A stretch of DNA of 64,000 nucleotides from Candidatus Binatia bacterium. GTDB lineage: Bacteria; Desulfobacterota; Binatia; Bin18. How positions within the stretch are numbered: position 1 is the stretch's first letter; each line of letters opens with the position of its first letter. The translations under genes were made by a program, and so were the position numbers. Where the stretch lies: the NCBI GenBank assembly GCA_963664395.2, contig OY761159.2:1600001-1664000 (forward strand), in the 5' to 3' direction. Positions 47,436 through 57,064 of the stretch are shown piece after piece. The notes under the pieces are model-generated. The model worked only from the letters and a program-made list of their open reading frames with translations, had not been told where the DNA came from and did not search any database.

Positions 47436-48453
47436 CTAACCATTGCCATGATCGTCATCATCTGAATCATCGTCATCATCTGCATCGTCATCATGATCGT
47501 CCTCATGGTCATCCTCATCGTGGCCGGCAAAACCGGACGGAACGAGCGCTCCGCCGAGTACCCAACTCCGAATGATCTCAATCTCCTCATCGGACAAAGG
47601 CGGCATATCCCGAGGCATACGACGACCGCGGGTGGGCGCATCCACGATCTTCTCTACGAGATAACTCTCATCCGGACGACCCGGATTGATAAGCAGGGTT
47701 CCATCAGAGAGCTGACCGCTTCTGGCAGCGATCGTATTCCGTGGCATATTCTCTTCGGCCAAATCCAGGTTCGCGGCAGGGCCGTTCTTGTAGTCGCTCG
47801 AATGGCAGCGGAGACACTTCGCGTTAAAAATTGCTTGCACCGCGTCCAGGTCGTCACCAGTTGTTTCGTCCTCATTGTAGGCCTCAACGATGCCGGTGTT
47901 CTGGGTGGGCAGGGAATAATCCACTCGCAGATTGGCCGCACCCATCTCAGCCCCAGTTGTTGCGTTAATAATAAGTACCTGGTCATTGAGCACATCCACA
48001 CCCGTCCACGACTCCTCAAAGCTGAAGGCTTCATTAAATTCGACGTTCCCAGGCACGGCAACCGTAACGGTATGCTCAATAATAACCGCCTCGCAGTCTT
48101 TAGCCCGAATCTCGACGCCAACGGTATGCTCACCAGAACCCAAGTGGGCATAGTTTATTACGCCGGAATAGCTCGTATTGAGGGGGGCGCCCTCTACTTT
48201 CCGCTGCACGTCTTCTCGTGGACCACAGCACGGAAGGGAGTAGTCGTGCTGGGTGGTTCCATCAATCCGAAGGTAGACTGACACGGGGGCATCATTTGTT
48301 GCAAAGGCCCAGCCGTGGACCGTTTCAATCCCAGCAACGCCGGGTCTTGTTGGCAGGGCTATCCAAGAACGCTGTAATGGTGTCTGCCCATGCTGCTGAC
48401 GCTGTCAAAATGAGTATGCCAAGAGCGACCGCCAGGGTTCGGTGTTTTTTTAT
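47436..48453 (-). pseudogene. Exported c-type cytochrome domain protein with His/Asp tail; ATA start and a frameshift near 48343
   Basis: AAGGAGG then ATA-KKHRTLAVALGILILTASAAWA signal peptide; frame switch to GVAGIETVHGWAF; CLRCH, PG.PDESYL, RMP..PL. Confidence 0.75.
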
Positions 48454-48626
48454 CGTTCTCTTCCTCCTTCTATTTTACAGACAGTCCGACCGGGTGCCTC
48501 CACACGATAGATTCGGCGGAAATTATCGTAGAATCCCAGACAAGGGTCAAGTTTTTATCTCTGCTCGGGGAGTTTTATATTTGACCGCTGTTACAATAGG
48601 TCGTGACCCGCACTCCAGGAGGATCC

Positions 48627-48815
48627 ATGAAGCGTATAGCGATTGTGCTCATTGCAGGGGTTGTCGTGTCAGCGCTGCTCGCCTTGGCCATTGTGCTTGG
48701 CGCTCCCCAGCCGCCCCCTCCGCTGGAAAGTATCAACACCCCATTCCGGAGCGTGGACTTCTCCGACCTTGCTCAGCTCAAGCGCTATCCCGCTCGGGAC
48801 GGGGAAAGCTCTTAG
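48627..48815 (+). pseudogene. N-terminal fragment of a membrane-anchored alpha/beta hydrolase
   Basis: TM anchor, PPPLESINTPFRSVDFSDL..YPARDG, then stop 4 bp from the recN stop; GGAGG RBS. Confidence 0.6.
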
Positions 48816-48819
48816 TCCC

Positions 48820-50535
48820 CTATCCCCGCCGTGCCCCCTCAAGCATCTCGCGCGCGTGGCGGCGGGCCTCGGGCGTGATTTCCACACCGCCCAGCATACG
48901 GGCGAGTTCTTGGAGGCGTTCGCGCTGGGTGAGACGTTGGGCTGAAGAGATCGTGCGACCTCTGGTTGTTTTTTTGGTCACGGTGTAGGCATGGTCGGCA
49001 AACGCCGCGATCTGCGGCAAATGCGTAATGCACAGCACTTGATGTTGGTCGGCTAAGGCTTTGAGCCGACGCCCGACGACCTCGGCCACCCCACCGCCGA
49101 TGCCCGCGTCCACTTCGTCAAAAATCAGTGTCGGCGTCGCTTCCGCCGCTGCACTGAGTGCCTTGAGGGCGAGCATGAGCCGCGAGAGCTCTCCTCCGGA
49201 TGCGGCCTGGATGAGCGGCAAGAGCGGCTCACCGGGATTTGCAGACAGATAAAATTCGACCTGATCACAGCCGCGCCCTCCGAGACGCCGGCCCTTTTGC
49301 GTAAACGGAGAACCAGTCGCCCCCTCGGTTCCATCCTCCTGATGTTGCAGAAATCGGACGTCAAAGCGTGCGCCCTGCATGCCGAGTTGGCTTAACTCGG
49401 TTTGGATGCTTTTCTCAAGATTCCGGGCTACCTCACGCCGCTCTTTCGACAGCTCTTGCGCCCAGGACCACGCCGCTTGCGCAGTCTGGACAACTTCTTG
49501 TTGTAGTGTGGCAATCGCCTCTTCACCGCCTTCGATGCGTTCCAGCTCTTGTTCCAGAGCGACCTGCCGGGCCAGAATCGCCTCAATACTCCCTCCATAT
49601 TTTTTCTTGAGACGCGAGATATGCATAAGGCGCGTATCAATCTCTTCCAAACGCTCAGGGTTCGGACTGAGGCGCTCGCCATATTTGCGTAAGAAGAGCG
49701 CCGCCTCTTCGACCTGGGCCAGCCCATCACTCAGGAGCGCTACCACTTCGTTCAGGCTTTCATCCACCCGGACCAGTTCCCGCAGTTGCGCCACCAGGCG
49801 CCCAAGCTGATCCGTTACCGCGCCGTCGCTGTCAGTGAGTACCGCTTCTCCACCAGACGCCGCCTGATACAGCTTTTCGGCGTGAAGGAGAATGGTACGT
49901 TCTTGGCGCAACTGCTCTTCTTCTCCGGGCTGTAGGGCGGCGCGGTGAATTTCCTCGACCTGAAAACGGACGAAGTCCTGGCGGACCTCAGCCGCTTCCT
50001 TGTCCTCGGTCAGCAGGCGCACGCGCTCCCATACCCGCCGGAGGGCATGATAGCGCGTTGCCATTTCCTGGACGTGCGGAGTCGCGTCAGCGAAATCGTC
50101 AAGCAGCTGGAGAGCAGAATCGGCTTCGCGTAAGACCTGTTGTTCATGCTGTCCATAGATGTGTATCAGCCGGGCACTGAGCTGACGCAACAGCGTAACT
50201 GTGGTCAACCTGCCGTTCAGATACACCCGGCTCCGCCCACTAGCCGCAATCACCCGGCGGACGAGGAGTTCCTCGGCTTCGAGCAGTTCCTGTTCCGCGA
50301 AGAGGGGGGCGAGGCGCGCGTGGTCGAGGCTGAAGACTGCCTCGACCACGGCTTCTTTGGTATCCCGGCGAATCAGGTCGACGGTCGCTCGGCCGCCCAG
50401 GGCCAGGCCGATGCCGTGCATGAGCAGGCTTTTGCCCGCGCCAGTCTCTCCGGTGAGCACATTCAGGCCGGACTCGAACGATAGTTCGAGATCATCGATC
50501 AAGGCTAAATTTTTAACGTGCAGATGACGCAGCAT
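48820..50535 (-). CDS. recN: DNA repair protein RecN
   Basis: LTGETGAGKS, ASGGELSR, IFDEVDAGIGG, CITHLPQIAA. Confidence 0.98.
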   Translation of the reverse strand: MLRHLHVKNLALIDDLELSFESGLNVLTGETGAGKSLLMHGIGLALGGRATVDLIRRDTKEAVVEAVFSLDHARLAPLFAEQELLEAEELLVRRVIAASGRSRVYLNGRLTTVTLLRQLSARLIHIYGQHEQQVLREADSALQLLDDFADATPHVQEMATRYHALRRVWERVRLLTEDKEAAEVRQDFVRFQVEEIHRAALQPGEEEQLRQERTILLHAEKLYQAASGGEAVLTDSDGAVTDQLGRLVAQLRELVRVDESLNEVVALLSDGLAQVEEAALFLRKYGERLSPNPERLEEIDTRLMHISRLKKKYGGSIEAILARQVALEQELERIEGGEEAIATLQQEVVQTAQAAWSWAQELSKERREVARNLEKSIQTELSQLGMQGARFDVRFLQHQEDGTEGATGSPFTQKGRRLGGRGCDQVEFYLSANPGEPLLPLIQAASGGELSRLMLALKALSAAAEATPTLIFDEVDAGIGGGVAEVVGRRLKALADQHQVLCITHLPQIAAFADHAYTVTKKTTRGRTISSAQRLTQRERLQELARMLGGVEITPEARRHAREMLEGARRG

Positions 50536-50597
50536 ACGGCTGTTTCCCGGTCGCTCTTGTCGCCAGCTTCCTCCATCCGTCGCTGGAGTTGCGCCCC

Positions 50598-53363
50598 TTA
50601 CGTCGCCCCGCGTCGAGATGCTTCGTCCAAACGATCACTCAAAATCTTGGCGATATTCAGGAATATCCGGGCGCCAATCCGTGGATAGCGCTTTTGCATG
50701 CGTGACAAAAAGCGCTCGTCCACGACAATCGCTTCAGCGTCGTCTACGGCAATCACGTCCGCGGTCCGCCGGTTCTGACGAATGAGGGCCATCTCGCCAA
50801 TCACATCGCCTCGGCCCATGGTCCGGAGCAGTTTTGACTCGCCATCAATATTGAGCCGGGCATCTGCCCGGCCATTGATCAGCACGAACATCTCTCGACC
50901 CAGGTCTCCTTGCTTGACGATAAGCTCCCCTTTGGCAAAGGTCCGAAATTCGCCCATCAGCGTCACAATTTTGGCTTGCACCGGCCGGAGCCCTTCAAAG
51001 AGGGGAATCGTCTTATGCGGGTCACGTCCGAGTTTCAGGTATAACACTTCCCACAGGGTGATGATCTTCGTGGTGGCAAGCAAGGCCGGCAGCAAGAGGA
51101 CATCAGCCCCAAAGGCAACGACTATGGTTGCAGCCGAGAGCATACCAAATTCCCGGATCGGGACAAAAGTCGAGAAGTACAACACCAGAAAACCGAGAAA
51201 TAATATGACGGAGGCATACAGGCTGGGCTTGCCCACTGTCTCGATGGTTTGGAGCAGTGCCGTCTCCTGGTCCGGCGCCACATGCACCTCGGCGCTCAGC
51301 CGGGTCATCAGGTGCACGGTATTATCCACCGCAATGCCGAGCGCGATGGAAGCGATAATGCTGGTCCCCAGGTTGAGAACCGCGCCGGATATACCCATCA
51401 GTCCGAAAAAAATCACAATCGGAAAGATGTTGGGGATCATGGCGATCAGACCAACTCGCGCAGACAGAAACATGGCCGACATAATGAGGAAGATGACGCC
51501 GGCAGCCAGAGACAGACTGCGGATTTGGTCGGTAATAATATCGCCGGTTGTCTTGGTCAGGAGAATGAGATTGCCGGTGGGACGCACCTGAAGATCAGGC
51601 GGAAAGCGCTCTTGGGCGTAGGCCGTAATATCCTCCGCGAGCGCGGAAATCTCCTTTGAGCCTGAGAGCGTTGTACGGACTAAGATATTCGAGCGCATAA
51701 AATCCGGGCTGGCGACTGACCGAAAACTGGTCGGACTTCCGGCTATAAGTTGCATGACGGCGCGGAGTTGAGACGGCTCCTGCCAGAAGGTTGTCGGGTT
51801 TTCTGGAGGCGGAGCCACAATAATTTCGCCACCCGGACCGACCGTCATCTCACCGCCGCCAGACTGCACTCCTCGGTCGAGCATCTCACAGTAGTCGACA
51901 AACGAAACGGTTTTATCCACACCGGGCAGGCCATTAATATAGGACTGGAGGTCTTTGATCCGGCGTAAGGTATCCCACTGTTTCATCACGTCTTTTTCTT
52001 CGCCATCAATGACGACATAAAAAGCCATGCTGCCGACCAGATGTTCGTTAATGGCGTCGGTGGCTTGGCGAATCGGATCGTTGGGGCGGAAGAACGACTG
52101 AAAGTTCGAATCGACCTGAATCGAGAAGAGATTCCATATTGCCACACCGGCGCAAAGCAGCGACGCGCCAATAACGGCCAGGCGGTTCCGGATGGCAAAG
52201 CGTCCGATATGCCGAAGACCCGTGGTGACCCCAGGGGCAAAATCTTCTGCCGGCTTGGACGGAAGGCCCAACTGCATGAGCAAGGCCGGGACAAGAATAA
52301 TAGACAAGAGAAAAGCAATCAGAATACCGACCGACGAGAAAATGCCCATGTCTCGAATACTGCTGAGCGGATTCACGCCCAAGGAGAGGAAACCCAGCAC
52401 GGTTGTAAACGCAGTAATAAAAATCGGCGGGCTGGTTTTCCTGAGGGTCTCCAGCACAACGTCCCGCACCGATCCAGCCGGCTGGGCCAGCTCATAATAC
52501 TCGGCCACCACGTGGAGCGAATAGGCCGTACCCAACACCAGAATCAGGGGCGGCAGGGCAATACTCCCCAAGCTGAGGCTGCTCCCGGCGAGCACCATAA
52601 TTCCCAGCGTCCAGATCAAACTGACAATAATCGTCAGGGCCGGCAACAAGACACCCCGGAGGGAGCGAAAGCTGAAGAAGAGCACAACCACAATAGCCAA
52701 GAGGGTCAGTGGGACGAAGCGGGTTACATCGCTTTGCATGGCGTGCGCGGAATAGACTTTGAAGCGAGGTAAGCCGGTATAAAACAGCCGTTCCGGTCCA
52801 GTCTCCCGTTCTTTCTCTATAATGGCTTGGATCTGCTCATCGATAGCCCGCTGCATAAATTCATCGTCGTCCATATCGGCGAAAAAGATATTGATGGCGG
52901 CAGCTTTCCCATCTTCCGAGACCAGATTTTTAATATAAATGGGACGGTCGGCCAGCGTATCCCGGAGCGTCTCCAGACCGGCCTGATCGGTAGGAACCTG
53001 CTTGATCAGAAGCGGCGGCTCGACCACATCGGCAATAGGGTCAACCGCATTGGCCAGACTGAGCACCTCCTGGACACCCCCGATTTTCTCCAGCGCTTCG
53101 GTCAGCCGCATAATTTTATGCAAGACATCGGCAGTATAGATGTCATCGGCAAGCAGACCGACCACCCCAACTTCATCGCTGCCAAAGAGCTGGCGCACTT
53201 CATCGTAGTACCGGCTGTCCGGGTTGTCTTGGCTGAGGAGACTTTCGACCGAGCCGTCCAGACGAAGGTCTTTTGCGTACAAGCCAAAAACACAGGTGAG
53301 CAGGAAGAGAAGAACGAGGAGGGTCTTCGGCCAGGTGACGACGAGCAGATAGAGCCGTTCCAT
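50598..53363 (-). CDS. MMPL/RND-family transporter with C-terminal cNMP-binding domain
   Basis: Two MMPL repeats (LGIAVDNTVH), then KQGD.G.EMF..GEMAL..RRTADV; start ATG 53363. Confidence 0.9.
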   Translation of the reverse strand: MERLYLLVVTWPKTLLVLLFLLTCVFGLYAKDLRLDGSVESLLSQDNPDSRYYDEVRQLFGSDEVGVVGLLADDIYTADVLHKIMRLTEALEKIGGVQEVLSLANAVDPIADVVEPPLLIKQVPTDQAGLETLRDTLADRPIYIKNLVSEDGKAAAINIFFADMDDDEFMQRAIDEQIQAIIEKERETGPERLFYTGLPRFKVYSAHAMQSDVTRFVPLTLLAIVVVLFFSFRSLRGVLLPALTIIVSLIWTLGIMVLAGSSLSLGSIALPPLILVLGTAYSLHVVAEYYELAQPAGSVRDVVLETLRKTSPPIFITAFTTVLGFLSLGVNPLSSIRDMGIFSSVGILIAFLLSIILVPALLMQLGLPSKPAEDFAPGVTTGLRHIGRFAIRNRLAVIGASLLCAGVAIWNLFSIQVDSNFQSFFRPNDPIRQATDAINEHLVGSMAFYVVIDGEEKDVMKQWDTLRRIKDLQSYINGLPGVDKTVSFVDYCEMLDRGVQSGGGEMTVGPGGEIIVAPPPENPTTFWQEPSQLRAVMQLIAGSPTSFRSVASPDFMRSNILVRTTLSGSKEISALAEDITAYAQERFPPDLQVRPTGNLILLTKTTGDIITDQIRSLSLAAGVIFLIMSAMFLSARVGLIAMIPNIFPIVIFFGLMGISGAVLNLGTSIIASIALGIAVDNTVHLMTRLSAEVHVAPDQETALLQTIETVGKPSLYASVILFLGFLVLYFSTFVPIREFGMLSAATIVVAFGADVLLLPALLATTKIITLWEVLYLKLGRDPHKTIPLFEGLRPVQAKIVTLMGEFRTFAKGELIVKQGDLGREMFVLINGRADARLNIDGESKLLRTMGRGDVIGEMALIRQNRRTADVIAVDDAEAIVVDERFLSRMQKRYPRIGARIFLNIAKILSDRLDEASRRGAT

Positions 53364-53372
53364 AATAGAGGG

Positions 53373-53397
53373 AGGGGCGGGTTTGAAACCCGCCCCT
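53373..53397. repeat. REP-like palindrome
   Basis: AGGGGCGGGTTT-G-AAACCCGCCCCT with perfect 12-bp arms; second copy at 53727-53747. Confidence 0.85.
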
Positions 53398-53522
53398 GAT
53401 TGGAACGGCATATATCGGAAACGGGCGACAAGTGCGAGGGGCAAATCAAGCGCATAGCCGCGTGGCAGCGCGGTTGGCAATTCCGGCGGCCACCGCTATA
53501 GAGCTATGAGGGCGGGATAGGT

Positions 53523-56500
53523 ATGCAGTGCACGAGTTGCGGTTTTGAGAATCAGGTTGGGATGAAGTTTTGTACCGAGTGTGGCACCCGGCTGGCCAAC
53601 CTGTGTCCGGGCTGCAATTTTGAGAATCCGCCGCAGGCAAAATTCTGCGGTGCATGCGGGCAGGCTCTCTCTACACAAGTCTTAGCGTCCTCTCAGGCCG
53701 TATCGGACCAAGCCGCAGCCGTAACAGCGGGTTTGAAACCCGCCCCTCCCGAGCGGCAGCCCGCCGCCGGAGACCGGCGTCAAGTCACCGTCATGTTTTG
53801 TGACCTGGTTGGTTCGACGCCGCTGTCCGAACAGCTCGACCCTGAGGAGTGGCGCGATGTGCTCGGCGCGTATCATGCGACCTGCACCCAAGTCATTGAC
53901 CGTTTTGGCGGTCATATTGCCAAGTATCTCGGCGACGGCCTGCTCGTGTTCTTTGGCTACCCGGCCGCGCACGAAGACGACGCGCCCCGTTCGCTGTACG
54001 CCGGTTTGGGCATACTCCAGGAGTTGCAGCAACTCAGCACCCGGCTCAACCAGCCGCTTGCGGTCCGCATCGGCATTCATACCGGCCTCGTGGTGGCCGG
54101 CGAGGTTGGCAACGCCGCCATGGATATTGTCGGGACAACGCCGCATATCGCCGCACGGCTCCAGACCCTGGCCCGGCCAGGCACGCTGGTAGTCAGCGCC
54201 GATACCTGTCAGCTCGCCCCCGGACTGTTCACGACCGTCAGTCTCGGCCCGCAGACACTCAGAGGCGTGTCCGAGCCCATCCCCGTCTACCGAGTCGTGA
54301 GGGCAAACGAAGCCCGCCATCCGCTGGAAGCCCCGGCTCAGAGCGGCCTTACGCCGCTGACCGGGCGGGAGAAAGAAGCCGGCCTGCTGCTCGAACGTTG
54401 GGAGCAGGTGCAGGAGCGGCGCGGTCAGGTCATCCTGTTGAGCGGCGAAGCCGGCATCGGCAAGTCGCGACTGATTCAGGCCCTGGCCGAGCAAGCCGCG
54501 CAGACATCCTCGGCCACGCTGATCGAGTACCGTTGCTCACCCTATTATCAGAGCAGCGCCCTGTATCCGTTGATTGATTTCCTGCAACGCATCCTCAACT
54601 TCAAGCTAGATGAAATGCCCCACCAGAAGCTCGACAAACTGGCCCGGGCGCTTGACCGGCAGGGCTTCCCGCGAGACGCCGTCCTGCCCCTGTTTGCGGC
54701 TCTGTTGTCGCTGCCCCACCCCGAGGGCTGTCCTGCCCTGGTCGGCACTCCGCAACAGCAAAAGCAGAAAATGCAGGAAACGCTCGTGATCTGGCTGCTG
54801 CAGGAAGCCGAGCGCCAGCCCCTGCATTGCGTGGTTGAAGACCTGCACTGGGCCGACCCGTCTTCGCTCGAATTTATCAGCCTGCTGATCGATCACATTC
54901 CCAGGGCACGTATGCTATTGCTGCTGACGTATCGCCCCGAGTTCCAGCCACCTTGGGCGCTGCGCTCGCATATGACCCAGATGATGCTCAGCCGCCTGCC
55001 CCGCAAACACATAGAGGTCATGATCGCCAACGTCACCAAAGGGAAGACCCTGCCGGCCGAGGTCGTAGAACAGATTGCCCTCAAAACGGACGGGGTTCCT
55101 CTCTTTGTCGAAGAACTGACCAAGATGGTCGTAGAATCGAATTTTCTGAGAGAGGAAGCTGAGGGCTATACCTTGATCGGACCGCTCCCCAACCTGGCCA
55201 TTCCAACCACGCTGCAAGACTCGCTCATGGCGCGCTTGGACCGACTTGCGCCCGTCCGGGAAATCGCCCAACTCGGCGCAACCCTGGGGCGGGAGTTCTC
55301 ATTTGAGCTCATCAAAGTCGTCTGTCCGTTGTCGGAACCGGAGCTCCAACAGGCGCTCGCGGTGCTGGTCGAGGCGGAAATCCTGTACCAGCGCGGGATT
55401 CTGCCCAATGCCGAATACACCTTCAAACACGCCCTGATCCAGGATGCCGCCTACCAGTCCCTGCTGAAGAGCAAGCGCCAGCACTATCACGAGCAGATTG
55501 CGCGGACGCTGACCGCGTATGTCTCGGTCAGCGGCGATATCCATCCCGAATTACTGGCCCATCACTACACCCAGGCCGGACTGACGGAAGAGGCCCTGCC
55601 GTATTGGTATCAGGCCGGAGAACGGGCCGTTGGGCGGTCTGCGAACGAGGAAGCCATTCGTCACCTGCAGACCGGCCTCACCCTGCTGGACACCCTGCCC
55701 CCGACCCCGCCGCGCGACCGACACGAATTAGCGTTCCGGACAGCCTTGGGTACGGCCTTCATGGCCGTCCGTGGCTCGGCTGCACCGGAAGTAGCCCAGG
55801 CGTATGGCAGGGCCCGGGAGCTGTGTGAACAGATTGGGGATTTGGGCCAACTCTTCACTATTCTGCGGGGGTTCTGGGTCCATCATCTTGTACGCGGCGA
55901 TCTCCACCGCGCTCGGGAACTCGGCGAAAAACTGTTGGCGCTGACCGCGGGGACGACGGATGCACTGTTCCACGCCGAGGCGCGTTTTGCCTTGGGCGGC
56001 ACTTTTTTCTGGCTCGGCGAACCGGAATCCGCCCGCACCCATATCGGCCAGGGACTCCGGCATACCCAACGTATAGACGACGCTGCGGCCTATATGTTTG
56101 GCCAGCATGTGGAGGTCGGTTGTCTGAGCTACGAAACCTTGAGTCTGCTCGTGCTGGGCTATCCCGAACAAGCCCGACAGGAGCGGAACCGCTCCATGGT
56201 GGACTATGCCAAGGAACGCGCGCATCCCTTGACGCTCGTCTATGCTCATTTTTTCGAGGCCGCGGTGTCACAGCTCCGACATGAGGCGAACGCCGTTCGC
56301 ACGCATGCACGCGCCATGATTCAGCTCTCGCAGGAACAGGGCTTTCCCTATTGGCTGTCAATGGGAACTATTCTGGAAGGCTGGGCCCGCTCTGTGCAAG
56401 GAGAAGTTGGAGAAGGCACTGAAGGGATTACCCAGATCCAACACGGGCTCCGGGAGTTTCGTAAGACCGGCGCGGCCCTGGCCGTGTCCTATTTTCTGGG

Positions 56501-57005
56501 ACTGTTAGCCGATGCCTGCCTCCAGAAAAACCAGGGAGAAGGGCTGGACGAGACCTTGATTGAAGCCGGCCTGACCAGCCTGGCCGAAGCCCTCTCCTGT
56601 AGTGAGCGGACAGGAGAACGCATCTATGCGTCCGAGCTGCACCGGCTCAAGGGAGAACTGTTATTCCGCAAAGCCGCAGGCCGGGCTTCACACGCCCTTG
56701 CCGCCCTCCCGCCTGGCTCTGTCGTCCAAATAGAGCAGTGCTTTCAGCAGGCTCTCAGCATTGCGCGTCGCCAGCGGGCAAAATGGTTTGAGCTGCGGGC
56801 AGCCATCAGTCTGCACCGCTTTTGGCAAGAATATGCAGCAGAGTATCCGACGGCGCAGCAAAAGCGGCAGGCTGCCCGTAGAGACCTGCAACAGGTCCAT
56901 GATTGGTTCACAGAGGGCTTGGACACAGACCTGCTGCGCAAGGCCCGCGGGTTATTAGATCACGACGCCCCCACTGCTGCGTCGGCATTGCGCGAAGGGA
57001 CCTGA
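53523..57005 (+). CDS. Double zinc ribbon + class III nucleotide cyclase + AAA/STAND ATPase + TPR protein
   Basis: Four CxxC pairs, MFCDLVGST, KYLGDG, RIGIHTG, GEAGIGKSR, EDLHWAD, GVPLFVEE, FKHALIQDAAY. Confidence 0.93.
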   Translation: MQCTSCGFENQVGMKFCTECGTRLANLCPGCNFENPPQAKFCGACGQALSTQVLASSQAVSDQAAAVTAGLKPAPPERQPAAGDRRQVTVMFCDLVGSTPLSEQLDPEEWRDVLGAYHATCTQVIDRFGGHIAKYLGDGLLVFFGYPAAHEDDAPRSLYAGLGILQELQQLSTRLNQPLAVRIGIHTGLVVAGEVGNAAMDIVGTTPHIAARLQTLARPGTLVVSADTCQLAPGLFTTVSLGPQTLRGVSEPIPVYRVVRANEARHPLEAPAQSGLTPLTGREKEAGLLLERWEQVQERRGQVILLSGEAGIGKSRLIQALAEQAAQTSSATLIEYRCSPYYQSSALYPLIDFLQRILNFKLDEMPHQKLDKLARALDRQGFPRDAVLPLFAALLSLPHPEGCPALVGTPQQQKQKMQETLVIWLLQEAERQPLHCVVEDLHWADPSSLEFISLLIDHIPRARMLLLLTYRPEFQPPWALRSHMTQMMLSRLPRKHIEVMIANVTKGKTLPAEVVEQIALKTDGVPLFVEELTKMVVESNFLREEAEGYTLIGPLPNLAIPTTLQDSLMARLDRLAPVREIAQLGATLGREFSFELIKVVCPLSEPELQQALAVLVEAEILYQRGILPNAEYTFKHALIQDAAYQSLLKSKRQHYHEQIARTLTAYVSVSGDIHPELLAHHYTQAGLTEEALPYWYQAGERAVGRSANEEAIRHLQTGLTLLDTLPPTPPRDRHELAFRTALGTAFMAVRGSAAPEVAQAYGRARELCEQIGDLGQLFTILRGFWVHHLVRGDLHRARELGEKLLALTAGTTDALFHAEARFALGGTFFWLGEPESARTHIGQGLRHTQRIDDAAAYMFGQHVEVGCLSYETLSLLVLGYPEQARQERNRSMVDYAKERAHPLTLVYAHFFEAAVSQLRHEANAVRTHARAMIQLSQEQGFPYWLSMGTILEGWARSVQGEVGEGTEGITQIQHGLREFRKTGAALAVSYFLGLLADACLQKNQGEGLDETLIEAGLTSLAEALSCSERTGERIYASELHRLKGELLFRKAAGRASHALAALPPGSVVQIEQCFQQALSIARRQRAKWFELRAAISLHRFWQEYAAEYPTAQQKRQAARRDLQQVHDWFTEGLDTDLLRKARGLLDHDAPTAASALREGT

Positions 57006-57064
57006 GGATACGGGCGGAGTCGCCGTCTTGACCCACCCGCAGCACCTGCGCTAAGCCGACGAAA

